A DNA stretch of 64,000 nucleotides, taken from contig CBFDEM010000025.1 of the NCBI GenBank assembly GCA_965603825.1, positions 248,001 to 312,000 of the forward strand, read 5' to 3'. The translations under genes were made by a program, and so were the position numbers. The DNA is from Blepharisma stoltei ATCC 30299. Its lineage: Eukaryota; Protista; Ciliophora. This document shows positions 11,572-23,071 of the stretch, piece after piece. The number at the start of each line of letters is the position of its first letter. Positions within the stretch are counted from its first letter, which is position 1. Below the pieces are notes generated by a model. That model did no database searches, was not told where the DNA came from, and saw nothing but the letters and a program-made list of their open reading frames with translations.

Positions 11572-13026
11572 CTAAAACTCTCGATCTGTAGGCTGGAAAC
11601 TTGAATAAAAATTCAGCCTATCAAGATAGTCTCTAACGGCCCTCTGTATGGTAATGCAAGCCTCCAAAACCCCCATTTTTTTCCGGTTGCAGCAGCACTT
11701 CGTTTCATTTGACCCTGAGATTATAGCAGTTACCGAGAATTTTTGGCAATTTTCATAGTGTCTGTATAAAGATCCATTCAAAATACATGTACAAATATTT
11801 AAATTGATGGCGTTTCTTGAAGAAACCACAATTGAGTTTTCAACACTTTCGTCGCTTGTAAAGGGCATGCTGCAATTTGCATCTTTTTTAAACTTAGGGG
11901 TAATGCTTGTATTTCTTGCTGAGCTTAATGAGCACCTAATTTCTTTATGATGAGGCTGCAAGGTCATTTCTAGGCTTTCTTTTTCTCTAGAGGAGTCCAC
12001 AATTCTAATTTTGTCCTCCTTATCTGAAATTAAAGTTGTGGTCTTGGAAAAAGGATGAGAAGGCATCTGCAACGGGGCTGGTATTTTCCTTTTAAAAGCA
12101 GGGTCAGGACTGATCGAAAAAGGATAATTAAAATCAGCTGTAGATCTCCTTGCGTGGCCTGGGTTTTGAGTAGTTGGCGTTGGGCTAGTATCTCTGCTTT
12201 GAGACCTAGATGTTTTGTTGTTATCGGAATTGATACTTATCATGGGGTTATAAAAAGAATCCTTTGCCTCACTCACATCTTCCCATTCTTTTGCCCCCAA
12301 GCTGTATTTAGAAACGGCGCTTTGGGAAGAGAAACTTTGAAAAGAAGTCTGGACTTCGTCCCATCTTTTTTCTCTGATGCTTTTAGAAACTTCACTTTGG
12401 TGTGAAGAATTGCTTTGAAAAGAAGTCTGCACAGCTGCTGAATAGTCTTTTTTACCTGAACTTCATTTAGAAGTAGAGCTTTTTGGGGAAAAATTCTGTA
12501 TAGAAGTTTGCACTGTTTGGTTAATTGTAAGTCTGGGGGTAAATGGAACTCTGCCTTTTGATTTTTTTGTAGCAGGCTCTTCGTCGGAGCTATCTAATAG
12601 GTTCTGACTATCATAATTAGAAATCATTGATGAGTTTAAGCTTGCTTTATAAGGTTTTGGTAAATATACACTGAGGTCTAATTTTGATTTTTTAGGTAAA
12701 TAATCGTCAAGATTATACCCAAGTCTGCTATGCTCAAAATTTTCGTCAACTTCTTTTATAATATTTAAAGGAGCTACCCCCGTTGTGCTTTGGTGCCGAC
12801 GTTTCGGTTTTGATGCTGATGATGGCCTTTTGTATTTTTCCGTTAAGGCATAAGATTTAACATCTCTTCTGTGTGATTTGCTAAAAACTCTGGAAGAATT
12901 TTCTGAGCTTGTATCGCTTAAAAGTTCTTCTGTGTCTATACTTGAGACTGTGGAGGTTTCAATAGAGGATGGATACTGCTTGTAACCAGATTTTAGTTTA
13001 TTGAGATATTCATGAATGCTAGACAT
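11572..13026 (-). CDS. Disordered Ser-rich protein (484 aa) with VQT repeats and C-terminal IQ motif
   Basis: Two track ORFs join in frame through TGA at 12463-12465; IQRAVRDYL near the C-terminus. Confidence 0.8.
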
Positions 13027-13158
13027 TCTTTACAATTATATTGTTAATAATTAAAAATTAATAAGTAAATGCTGTGCTTGTTAACAAACTTTAATCCAAA
13101 AAAATATTAGCAATTGCATGAATTATTATAAGATTTATTATTATTTAACTAATTTCTT

Positions 13159-13860
13159 TTAAAATGTAAGCTCAGGAGGGCAAGGCCATACCAGTTCATT
13201 ATCAAAAACAATGTCAAGAGGTAATATGTATATCCCTATAAAATCAGCAATTGATGGGAATTTATCACTCATCAGAATATTAAGCAATTCCTGATGAGGT
13301 ATAAGTTCTTTTGATTTAGATTTTATAGCTGCAGCCAGCCCACTAGTACTTGGAGTTTGATCATTTCCAAACACCATTGAAAGCCTTGTTCCTACTGTAT
13401 TCATGTTATTGTATAACTGCCAACACATTTCTTCAACATTGATTTGGGCAGGCTCTTCTTCTCCACTGCTTGTAGGAGGCAAAGTAATAGATGACCAATA
13501 CCCAAACATCTTTTTAGGGTTTTCCTCTGTGAATGCTATAACATTAACTCCAGTGAAAGGAGGAGTGTCCAATCTTAGTAATTGCTGCACCCATTGGATA
13601 TGCTGAAAAATCAATTCACTGCTAGCTTCAATGAAATGAACACAGTAATTTCCTGTTGAAATACAAAGCCCAGATATTCCAGGCTGCCTTTCTTTAACCC
13701 ACTTGTTCATGTCTTCTCCAATGTCAATTTTATGATGCCTATCTTCTACGTTTAATCTGCCAATATATAGAACTCGTGAAACAGCATTCTTGGATTCACG
13801 AATATCTTTGCTTACTTCATACATACTTCGGCGGTGAGGTTCCTCTTGGCTATCTTCCAT
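13159..13860 (-). CDS. TEX47/C7orf62-like (BLUF-like fold) protein, probably ciliary
   Basis: RVLYIG, ISGLCI..VHFIEA and C-terminal PLDIVFDNELVWP resemble this family from memory. Confidence 0.6.
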   Translation of the reverse strand: MEDSQEEPHRRSMYEVSKDIRESKNAVSRVLYIGRLNVEDRHHKIDIGEDMNKWVKERQPGISGLCISTGNYCVHFIEASSELIFQHIQWVQQLLRLDTPPFTGVNVIAFTEENPKKMFGYWSSITLPPTSSGEEEPAQINVEEMCWQLYNNMNTVGTRLSMVFGNDQTPSTSGLAAAIKSKSKELIPHQELLNILMSDKFPSIADFIGIYILPLDIVFDNELVWPCPPELTF

Positions 13861-13938
13861 TTTAAATGTAATTATTCTAATAAAATTAAAAGGTAACTCT
13901 CGTTAGCAAATTGTTTTGATGTTTAATTTAATATTTAT

Positions 13939-14937
13939 TTAATTTAAAGAATTAACATATAGCGAAAAGCCACCACCTAGACAAATAAGAAATGAAATTC
14001 CGATATTAAAAGCAAAAAGTAAAACCTCAAGAGTAAATTCTTGCAAAAATAAAAATCCAATAAAAAGATAAGCAGCAATCCCAATATTTAATAATCAATA
14101 GAGTATATAGCTGCAAGGCAACCATCCAAAATGAAAATAATCATATGCCAAAGCTATGCTGAGACCAGTAGGCCAAATCCCTGCTATGCCAGCAATTAGG
14201 TATAATAGTTTTCAAAGTATGAAAATCATTAAGTCATAAATCATATCAGATAAAATCGTTATTTTGCAGAAAAACAAAAAAATCATAATAATTGTTAGTC
14301 CCCAGCAGTAAAGCTGATTAAGCCCACAATATTTTCAGACATGGTTGCGATAAGGCTGCAGGCAATCCCAGCAGAATTCATATGCACAGTTTACACAGGT
14401 CATATGATAGCATCCTCCATTCTTTTCTATAGGAGACCCGCACTTAGGACAATGCTTAACTCACAGCTCTTCCCAAGTATAACTTCAAAAATCACTTTCT
14501 CCTCTTAGCATTTCATAAATAGCGTCTTTTAACCTATCCAGCTTTGGCTTTAAACTTGGATCTATTCATTTATTTTTGCATTTTGGGCATTGGAGCAAGC
14601 TTTTGCAGGTTGCTTTTGGATCAATTCAGCCTACATAATTACAATTTTTTGATGGGCATTGTTTAAACACTGGATCACGAATTAGCTCTCTTTTTAAGGT
14701 AAAATTTTCATAGACCTGATAATTGTGCTTAGTAAGGCATTTTTTTATATCTTCTTCACTTAAAATGTGACCAAAGCCAAGTGGGCATGTAATTTGAAAA
14801 TCAGCTTGATAAAATTTATCGAGTTGGGCAAGAATTCATTGGCTTGTAGAAGTTTTGCAAAAATAACAGCCACAAGAGAGTGTCAAAAAGTTGCTGGAGC
14901 TTTCTTGAATGCAGCAGATATTGCAATACTCTGTCAT
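13939..14937 (-). CDS. RBR (RING-IBR-RING2) E3 ubiquitin ligase with C-terminal transmembrane segments, 332 aa
   Basis: Absent from the ORF track (8 in-frame TGA); [53 protein letters not shown]. Confidence 0.92.
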
Positions 14938-15159
14938 TCGAAATAAATTTTATTTTGCATATTGTCAGACTATGGTGGTAAATTTCCAAATTGTAGCAAA
15001 TTATTAAGATTTACTTAAAAAGCATAAGTTTTTGGTAAATAATAAATTAATTTATAAAGACATTGCAGCAAAATCTTGATAATTCGAATCAATATTTAAT
15101 TTTAAAAAGCTGCGAGAGAACTCATATTTATCCTTAACAAGTTTATATATTAAAAGTGT

Positions 15160-17874
15160 CTAAAAGGCATCATCCCATCCGGATGGTGAGCGCTTTCCAA
15201 ATTTCGGTATATCATGAGAGTCAATTATTTCTTCTTTCTAAATATATATTACTGCAATCATTTTATAAAGCTGGCTGTTAATCTTAAATGCACGTGTAAT
15301 TTCGAATGATAGGCTATTCAGCTTTGGAATATACGGAGCAATTTCTTGTTTCCCAAGCAATTTATCCCAGTTCAATCCTTCAAATCAGATATGGGTTTTA
15401 AGTCAATCTATTTCCCCTCTTAACGCAGGATTTTTATTTAAAAGCTTCTCAATAATAAACTTTGATTTTGCTTTATGCTCAATAAAAGGAGGAAATGATA
15501 ACTTATTTTTAAGAATTTTTTCGTAAATTGTGAAAGGTTCATCTTCTTCATCTCCAAAAGGCATTCTACCACATATAACTTCATAAATGATCACTCCTAA
15601 GCATCATAAATCTGCTGAAAGCCCATATCCTCCCCCTTTGATAACTTCTGGAGACATGTAATGTGGTGTTCCAATAATGGAATACGTCCTCCCATCAACA
15701 ATTTTAGCAGTCCCGAAATCAATGAGTTTAGGATATCCATCCTCATCAATCATTATATTTTCGGGCTTTAAATCTCGATATATGATGTTTCTTTCATGCA
15801 AATGCTCTAAAATGATCAGTAAACATCCTGCGTAGAATCTTGCATTTTTATCATTCATAATCCTTAGATCATTTATTACATCAAATAAATCATTTCCTCT
15901 GACGAATTCAGTTAAATAGTAAATTCTGTCACGGTCTTTGAATGTTTTGACCAATTTCATGATAAAAGGATGATCTATTTGTAATAAAATATTTCTCTCA
16001 AGGATAAGGTTATTATAGATTTCATAGGCACGGATTTTTGCTCGACTAACAGTTTTAAGTGCATAAGGGATTTGCGATTTCTTGTGCACTGTAAGAAAAA
16101 CGTTGCCAAAAGTTCCTTTACCTAGAAGCTTTACAGGGACTAAATCAGCCAATGAGATTGTGTTATCTTGCAGGTACATTCGCTTTATAAGCTGGCCTCG
16201 TATGCCTTCATCAATTATTAGCAAAAAGTCTTCTTTGCTTAAAACTCACACTTGCACTGGGCCATTAGCAATAGCATTTGCAGTTCTTTTTTCATTTCCA
16301 AGAATTGATCTTTCTCCAAAATAATCATTATTAGTAATTGTTCTGAGTGTAGCATTATCCTTAACAATGTCTACTTGGCCTTCTTTTACTATATAGAACG
16401 CATCTCCACATGAATTTTCATAAAAAATCACTTCTTTGTCTCCATAATTTTGTATGTATAAAGCGTTTACCATCTGTTCCAATTTATTATTCGGTAAAGC
16501 TCTAAATAGCTGCGTCTTTTTCATGATATTTAAAACCTCATTTTGTGAACTTATTTTATTCAATTGTCCTCCTATGCACCTTTCAAAATATTCTCTTGTG
16601 ATTTCTTCTATATCAACTGGCCCATTTGCAATGTAATTTTCTTCATAAATCCCTGCAGGTGGCAATAATAATTCTTGATCCCCGATGCAGCTTAAGCATG
16701 GAACTTTTTTTCCTGTTTTTGAAGTTATTAATGATCCTTTCACAATTATTAATAATTTTTCACCTTTTTGTGTGCCACGAGGTATAACAACTTCTCTGTT
16801 TTTATAGCCTCTATAGCATGTATGGTTAATCATTAGCTCGATTTGAGACTTGGTTAGGACTTTTAAGTAGTGGCTGTTTTCTATAGCAATTCGTTGAGAG
16901 TTCTTATAAATTATAAGCTCAAGCTGATTTCCAAGTACATTTGTGAGATCATCTCTTTTGATATTGAGCACTGAAACCCTACTTAATGAGATGATTGTTG
17001 CAGTTCTTTTGCTGTTATAAAGCAATGCTTGCTCACCAAAATAGTCTCCTCTAGACATGTGTCTTATTACTTTGCCGTCCACAACACAACTGACTGTCCC
17101 ATCTTTAATAATATAAAATAAATCACCTTCTTCTCCTTGAGTCACAATTTTTAAGCCAGGCTCAAATACTTGTATTGAAATAACAGCCAATAACCCATCC
17201 TTTTGGGCTGGTGTCAAAATCTGAAAAAGTGGCACGCTGTCTACAAAACTCTTATTTTCCATATATTTTTTAGCACTCATAAACTCAACTATTGAGCGAA
17301 AATCTGTTCTGCTGATACCTCATAGCATTGTTTTGGTAGTCGTAAAAACAGAGTGCGACCTAGGAGTTTCTTGAATTAATGCAGCTTCTCCGAATGCATC
17401 ACTTTTATTTAGAAATCCTTTGAACTCTCCATTTACCAAAATTTCGAGCTTTCCTTCTGCAACAATGAAAAAGTGTGTCCCAGAACTTCCTTGAGCATAT
17501 ACCATTTGGCTGGGCTCAAGTTCGTAATATTTTAATTTTGTGATAGTTTCTTCAATATTTTCCACAGATAAAGTATTAAATATAAAAATACTGTTAAGAA
17601 CTGTTCTAATCTTGTCTTTTTCTTCTCGATCTTTTGCTTTTTCGCTTATAATGGCATTTGCAGCCTCGGTGATATCGTGGTGTGTGCTTATTTTTTGCAG
17701 ATTTCGAATTTTGGTTCTTCGATTGTGTAAATTAAATGAACTGTCTCCAGTCTTGCTTTCCTCAGCTTCGGTATTGCATATTAATTTTATGTCCATAGTT
17801 TCTGCTGATTTTGAATCAGGAAGCCATGATTGTGCTTTAGTTCAGCCTTTTCTGCAATATGCGCAGTTACCCAT
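15160..17874 (-). CDS. PKG: cGMP-dependent protein kinase with multiple cNMP-binding domains; one 15-nt intron
   Basis: MGNC start; FGEAAL, FGEQAL, degenerate IGDQEL and FGERSI cNMP cassettes; GKGTFG, YRDLKPEN, DFG, GTPHYMSPE; AGC-type tail GWDDAF; 6 in-frame TGA. Confidence 0.95.
15238..15252 (-). other. 15-nt spliceosomal intron GTAATATATATTTAG in PKG
   Basis: GT..AG, 15 nt; removal deletes an in-frame TAG and restores the conserved C-terminal WDxxF. Confidence 0.88.
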
Positions 17875-18481
17875 ATAAATATTTTGATTTTAGTGGAAGC
17901 AATATGATAAATGAAGGTTTTTCCTATCTGGTAAATATGGAAGCTAAACTTCAGTTTTAAGCTCAAACAGTTGGTTAAACAAGCTAAGAAGAGAATTTAT
18001 TTTTATGAAAAGTTTAAAGAGCCTATAAAACCTTTAGAATATTAAAATCCTTCCATAGTTAGATAAGTATGTTTTTTGCTTTGAATTAATTTTTTTTAAT
18101 TCCTAAATTAATTATTACTCAATTATTACTATTATTCAGACTTCCAATATAAAGAGGTCAAATGAACAATTTTCAATGCGTGGTAAATTTTGCAAATCAT
18201 AATTTTATACAAAAAAATTATTCAATATTAGTCATAAATAATCTTCATTATCAATTCCTTATATTGGCATCAAACTAAACTTCTTAAGAATTAATAAAGT
18301 ATAAAATGTATTATTTAGTCAAAACTTTTATAAAATAAAATTTAATTGCATAAATATGAAAATATTGTTCTCTTTAAAATAATAAAAATATCAAGAAAGC
18401 AAGCTTATCAAAACCAATTTTAAATTAATAGCCAATATTTTTAAAAAGCCCCTCTCACTTATAATAAGCTTCAATAAACAG

Positions 18482-19192
18482 ATGCAAGATATGAGTGAGG
18501 AAATCGAAGACTATAACTACAACCAAGAAGCCATGGAATTTACAAGTATCACAGTTTTTCCACTAAAACGAAAGCGAGAGACAAGTTCATCCGGCTATTC
18601 TTCAGCTAGGTTTGCCGAAAAAATACCAGAAGATTACATTTGCAAGATATGCAGTGATGTAGTGAAGCATCCTGTTGAATGTGCTCTCTGTGGAACTCTT
18701 CTATGTGAGGATTGCACAGCTAAGCCAATAAACCGAAATTGCACAGTTTTTTCGACTTTGGATTTTGAAAGACGCCCTGCTTGTCCGGTTTGTTCAACGA
18801 TCAATACTATGAGAAAGCCAAGCCGTGTGCTAAGGAGGATGATAAGTGAGCTAAAAATTTGCTGTAAAAATAGGAAGAGAGGATGTGAATTCATAACGAC
18901 TTTAGATCTTTTAGAAAGCCATGAGTCTCTTTGTTCATACAAAGTAATTAAATGTGGAAATAGTAAATTTTGTGGCATTAAAGGCACCATCCATAATTTT
19001 ATACCTTTAGATCCAGCTTTTATACGAACCAACTCAATGATCAGAGAGGGTAGCGGATACGTATGCTCTGAAGTATGCAAAAGAGAAGTCATATTTGATC
19101 GACTGATTCATAGCAGCTATATCCAAGAAGCTCTTCTTGACTATTTCCAGGTTGTTTCAGAAATAGATGAACGTAAACGTTCCATTAATTAG
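18482..19192 (+). CDS. RING plus TRAF/Sina-type zinc-finger protein
   Basis: CKIC..C..C..LCEDC..CPVC, then CKN..RGC..H...C. Confidence 0.85.
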   Translation: MQDMSEEIEDYNYNQEAMEFTSITVFPLKRKRETSSSGYSSARFAEKIPEDYICKICSDVVKHPVECALCGTLLCEDCTAKPINRNCTVFSTLDFERRPACPVCSTINTMRKPSRVLRRMISELKICCKNRKRGCEFITTLDLLESHESLCSYKVIKCGNSKFCGIKGTIHNFIPLDPAFIRTNSMIREGSGYVCSEVCKREVIFDRLIHSSYIQEALLDYFQVVSEIDERKRSIN

Positions 19193-19406
19193 CCACATTA
19201 AATATACAATTTCTTATAAAATCTATCATTTGCCTACTCTTTAATTTTATTAGATAGGCTAAAGATATTAGTTTCCATTAAAAAAATTAAAATTTTCTCC
19301 TTATACATAAAATAGCCACATCCCAGAAAAATGAACCTCTTCATGAGCTCTCCCAAGCATCTAATATTTACGAAAATGAATCTAATTTAGTTAGCACATT
19401 TATAAA

Positions 19407-19856
19407 CTATACCGATGCAATTCTCCCTGCAATTGTGCTAGGACGGCAAAAAGCATGCCGGAACATCGGTAAATCAATCTTGATTTGATTGTTTTGATTT
19501 ATTTCAGGCCCCTCAATTCTTACTTCAAAGGACTCTTCAAGCTTCTTGCCAGATAAAAGCGGTTCTGAAAGATGCTGAGAATGGTTTTGTCTGTGGAGCT
19601 TCAAAAAATGTATACATGGGTAGCATAATAAAAACCCGATTACTATAATACCTATCAATGCCAATATGAGGTGTCAAATTTTGATTCCGTTCTCCTCCAT
19701 AAACTCTAAGACTAAATCCGGTCTTTCATTGATTGAGTTGCGTTTCAACTCTGAATTAGAAGAACCAGCACTGATCAAAAATTGGTCATTGGTTGCAGAA
19801 CAAGTTATTATATGGGATAAGACGAAGAATATTTGCAATTTTTGCCAAATAATCAT
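19407..19856 (-). CDS. Small type I membrane protein (signal peptide plus one TM), 149 aa
   Basis: Two ORFs join through TGA at 19674; hydrophobic N-terminus and WHLILALIGIIVIGFLLCY helix. Confidence 0.7.
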
Positions 19857-20070
19857 TATATTTGGTTGGAATTGGTGAAACTTGAATAAATGGCCTTAGT
19901 GATATTTAAACTATAAGCTAAATATGAACTCGGGATAAAATGATCCCTTATTGGTTATTAAGATAAAGGTAAGAGAAATTTAATAATCCAAGAATTATTC
20001 TTATATCACAATTAAATAGCTGAGTTTAATTTTTGAGTTACTTATTCAATAAAAGTTGAAGAAAAGCCAA

Positions 20071-20922
20071 TTATAAAATAGTGCAGCACTCATAATGGTT
20101 TGTTGGCTTTAGAACAGTGTCTACCCTATCGATCTGCCTTGCTGATATATTTTTTAGTAAAACTGAATCCCCCGATCCAGCTAGCATTAGTGAAGTTTCC
20201 CTCAAAGTTGGGATGAATTTATTGCACGACATGCTCACTACTCTTTTATTTGAAATTGCTGCACTCACAAAAATTCTGTCATCGCCATTATCAATTAAAG
20301 TCATTTTCATATCCACAAAATCTTGAACAACTGCTTCTTCGGCCATGTCTGTGATTTCAGGAAATTCTTGTTTTTTGAAAAATTTGAACTCATTATTCAT
20401 CCCTACGTTTCCTCCAAAAATCAAAAATACTCTTTGAGAGTCCTGCTCTTTTTTTATTTTGCATACAGCTGCATCTGGGTCTTTAACTCCCACTCCTCGT
20501 GTAATTATGCAAAGAGTGGAATCTCCAATGAGCCTGAATGCCAGCTTAATTTCGCATGCAAGGCTCTTTAGCGCTAATGTTGGTTTTGACTTCAAAATTA
20601 AAGATCTCAGCTGAAGTCCATGGAGAACTGGCTGAAAATTAGCTGGCATCCAGTTGCCGCGGATTTCGGTGTTATTTTCTGTTCCAATGCCGCCTGGATA
20701 GAAATTGGCGAACTCCCAATTGTCGTATTCAGTATTTTCTCTAGTAAAAGTGTCCGCAAAAACTAATTTGTTCAAAAGATGTGATTCTGCTTTGCGTGAT
20801 TCTTCCATGAGGGCTTTTTGCTCCTTGAGTGGCTTTTCTTGACGCTCAACCTGAATTTTCATTATTAGTTCTTGAGGAAAAAGCATTGTTTTGTCTTCTT
20901 CAAATTTGTTGTTCCCTTCCAT
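20071..20922 (-). CDS. Hypothetical beta-rich protein with C-terminal CaaX box (CCTIL)
   Basis: Long ORF; first ATG at 20922; prenylation motif with adjacent Cys. Confidence 0.8.
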   Translation of the reverse strand: MEGNNKFEEDKTMLFPQELIMKIQVERQEKPLKEQKALMEESRKAESHLLNKLVFADTFTRENTEYDNWEFANFYPGGIGTENNTEIRGNWMPANFQPVLHGLQLRSLILKSKPTLALKSLACEIKLAFRLIGDSTLCIITRGVGVKDPDAAVCKIKKEQDSQRVFLIFGGNVGMNNEFKFFKKQEFPEITDMAEEAVVQDFVDMKMTLIDNGDDRIFVSAAISNKRVVSMSCNKFIPTLRETSLMLAGSGDSVLLKNISARQIDRVDTVLKPTNHYECCTIL

Positions 20923-21424
20923 CTTTTGATGATTGAAAGTTAAGAAAATTGGTTCCAAAACGAACAAAACATGTAAAAATTAAATAATTTATGCTTCTTC
21001 AAGACTAATAGGATATGGTACTAATTAGTTTTAAATTAAAAAGTTTACTATAATTGAGAGGTCCTAAAGATAAAGATATACTATGATTTAACAGATTTTC
21101 GTAGATATATTTTAAAACGTTAATAATTTAATTGCTTCTAGTAATTTACAGTAATAATATCATTTTGTTGCTTGAGCAATAAAATCTAAAAATATAAGTC
21201 TTTTGAGTCTAAATTTTATATAAAATAAATAATTTAATTGAGAATATTTAAACTCCAAATATTGAGCTTTTTATAAAATAAAATATTTATGCATCTTTAC
21301 GCTGTAATTTACTGATCTAAATATTAATTGTAGCAGCTTATGCCCATTTAAATATAATAAAATTAGAAAACAATCAGAAATTCACTTTGAATTAAAAAGT
21401 TAAAAGCAATATCAACTTAAGATT

Positions 21425-23029
21425 TTAATTTGACGTAAATATAGCTGACAATTGATTTTGGAATAGAGATAAAATCCCACTTAATACAATTGCTAGAAAT
21501 TTTCAAATTAATGACATATCAGCTTTCAAGCCCATTATCATTACAGGTCTCAATATTTAGTCTTGCCTCACTTTTTCTTTAACCAATTTAAGAGCTTTAA
21601 AAGCTGATTTTTCGTATATTTTATCACAATTCTTTAAATGGAAATTATCATTAATGATTGTCAGAATGCTGTCTTCATGTATAGAAAATGATCGATTTAT
21701 TTGAGCTCCAATAAAAATTATATAAAGAATCATAAAAAGAGATGCAAATGCAAGATATATAGCACCAATCATAATTGATATGCTTATAATATGAAAACTT
21801 AAAAATGCTTGGAGAATTAAGATTGCAAGCATAAAAAAGCAGAGAGGAATTGCTAAAGAAGCATAAACAAGGATTCTATAAGTAAATTTTCGACCGAAGT
21901 CTAAAAATGAAGACCTCATAATGTACCATGAATCTACAGTTCTCTTGTCTAGAAAGTCAAGCTTAGGTATATGATATTTTTGGAGAAGGGAATTTTGGTA
22001 GTTTTTAGTAGAAATTAAAGCACTGCATTGATTCATTAATGATTTTTTTCTCTGCAGGTCAATTATTCCAATATAGACATATAGCAGAAAAAGATGAGAC
22101 AGTATAAAACAAGCTATGATTGAGTATGCTGAATAAAAAATTTGGATTGGTCCAAAATTTATATGTCTATTTTGATATAAAATCGAAATCAATGGAGATA
22201 AGGAAAATTGTATTGAAATTAATGTCACAATTAATATTTTAGGTTTTATATTTTCTGCTACATCTTGTATGATAAATTTAGCAAGCTCTATTGTTGGTAT
22301 ACAGATTTTATTTCTACAATAGTGTGGAACGCTTTCATGCTCTTTTTGTGAATTTTTTCTATTATTTGTAAATTTATTTTTTAACTCCTCATGAATCTCA
22401 TTTTCAAAAATCAAGCATAATTTATCAATTAACCTATTTTGCCGGGCAATACTTGCTGCTAATTCCTCCCAAATCACGTCATTGGGGATTTTGAGTCACG
22501 CATTAAGAATTAATTGGATTTTCAGTATCTGTGTATCAACTATTTCAGTATTCATACGATTTCACAGTTCTTCAGTATAAAATCCATATTTTACTGAAAC
22601 CATAAATGTTTTCACACACATGATGGTAACTGTTGCAAAGGTCAAACTTAAAAAGTTTTGAAATTCATCTTTGTAATATATATAAAATATCAATGTAAAT
22701 AAAGTCCAAGATCATGGATAAAATTCCATATAGTAAAATCTATGCCAATAAAACCCCATATTCCTGCTTAAATTCCTCCCAAAAATCATCCATAAAATCG
22801 GTAAAGAAATAGGCCCGAATACTAAATGAATAAAATGAATTAGAGTAGCTATAACAGCATAACTGTACTTATAAGTAATCTCCAAATTTATATCAAAATC
22901 TTCGTGCATCGTCGTTTTAGTGTCAATTTTTTCAATTTGCATTGAAAACTCGTCAGTTGTTCTTATGGTCTCAGCTGACAAATCCAGCTTCACAACTTCT
23001 ATAGAAGGCTGCCTATTAAAACTTTTCAT
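21425..23029 (-). CDS. PHTF/7TMIC-like multi-pass membrane protein, paralog 1; in-frame TAA at 21557-21559 (possible pseudogene or truncated allele)
   Basis: Collinear with paralogs 2 and 3 over the whole length with TGA=Trp; homology continues past the TAA (ILRPVMIMGLKAD..SGILSLFQ). Confidence 0.8.
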
Positions 23030-23071
23030 GTTATTTATAATAATCCGAATTAAGAATATCTAAGAATTAGT

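Noticed and set aside
13159-13860. Functional BLUF photoreceptor
   Set aside because: The flavin-coupled Gln position reads His (VHFIE); it better fits the non-photosensory TEX47-like family
13939-14937. Selenoprotein interpretation of in-frame TGA codons
   Set aside because: TGA aligns with Trp (TGG in paralogs), not Cys, and occurs across unrelated genes
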